From contig JBBRAE010000051.1 in NCBI GenBank assembly GCA_038207085.1, positions 1-15,656 on the forward strand: a DNA stretch of 15,656 nt, written 5' to 3'. The translations under genes and the position numbers were made by a program. A model generated the notes under the pieces. The model had not been told where the DNA came from and did no database searches. It saw only the letters and a program-made list of their open reading frames with translations. Shown here piece by piece: positions 15,357-15,656 of the stretch. Each line of letters begins with the position of its first letter. The stretch's first letter is position 1. Source of the stretch: Armatimonadota bacterium. GTDB taxonomy: Bacteria; Armatimonadota; UBA5829; DTLH01.

Positions 15357-15656
15357 ATCTTTGTGTTCTCCAATCCATCTGATCCGTCTGCACCCGAGAA
15401 GGCGATCGGAACTAAGTCGTGCTCTGGGACATGGTGGCCATCCCCTTCACTTGTTCCCTCTCCGAAATGCTCAGTTACTGGCCACTCCCATTCCCGTTTC
15501 AGGAACCTTCGATTAACCCACCTGATCAGGTCATCAACGTAAGTGTGCATGATTGGGATATCGAACAAGCTCAGTATTGTTCCCATGATGAGCCCTCCCA
15601 GAATCACCGTGCCGAGAGGCTGATAGGCGTCCATTCCGGTCCTCGGGAAGAACGCG
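15353..15656 (-). CDS. RND efflux transporter permease (AcrB/CusA/CzcA family), C-terminal part (5' truncated by window)
   Basis: The frame is open to the window edge: AFFPRTGMDAYQPLGTVILGGLIMGTILSLFDIPIMHTYVDD resembles the RND TM12 motif (PLa.vviGGl..sT.LtLf..P..Y). Its stop overlaps the TolC-gene start. Confidence 0.85.
   Translation of the reverse strand, partial: AFFPRTGMDAYQPLGTVILGGLIMGTILSLFDIPIMHTYVDDLIRWVNRRFLKREWEWPVTEHFGEGTSEGDGHHVPEHDLVPIAFSGADGSDGLENTKI

Noticed and set aside
1..15656. CRISPR arrays, tRNA/rRNA, transposases, integrases, tandem repeats
   Set aside because: None were seen by eye. The window is almost fully coding and the intergenic gaps are short and non-repetitive.

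Overview
Bacterial chromosomal window; Armatimonadota is a tentative guess based on the C-terminal domain of the secreted protease. The + strand carries the 3' end of a phosphate ABC operon (partial pstA, pstB) and then cysK-yezD (DUF2292) behind a near-consensus sigma70 promoter. A second sigma70 promoter follows, with an Rrf2-type operator and a structured ~120-nt leader in which a small hairpin overlaps an intrinsic terminator. It precedes a tightly coupled sulfate-assimilation and protein-thiocarboxylate homocysteine operon: 53-aa membrane ORF, APS reductase cysH, cysD, cysN, metY-like sulfhydrylase, ThiS-like carrier with a masked Gly-Gly, ThiF/MoeB adenylyltransferase, JAMM/Mec protease and a sulfite reductase-TusA fusion. 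The - strand carries a converging envelope/metal cluster: partial RND pump, TolC, Met-rich YHS protein, Spy/CpxP-like protein and an M6 metalloprotease. The most interesting hypothesis is a sulfur-sensing attenuation system. The small DUF2292 protein ends in a CysE-like tail (EGSGI) that could dock in the adjacent CysK, and it may act on the antiterminator/terminator leader that gates the sulfur operon. That model is inferred from sequence only and was not checked against any database.
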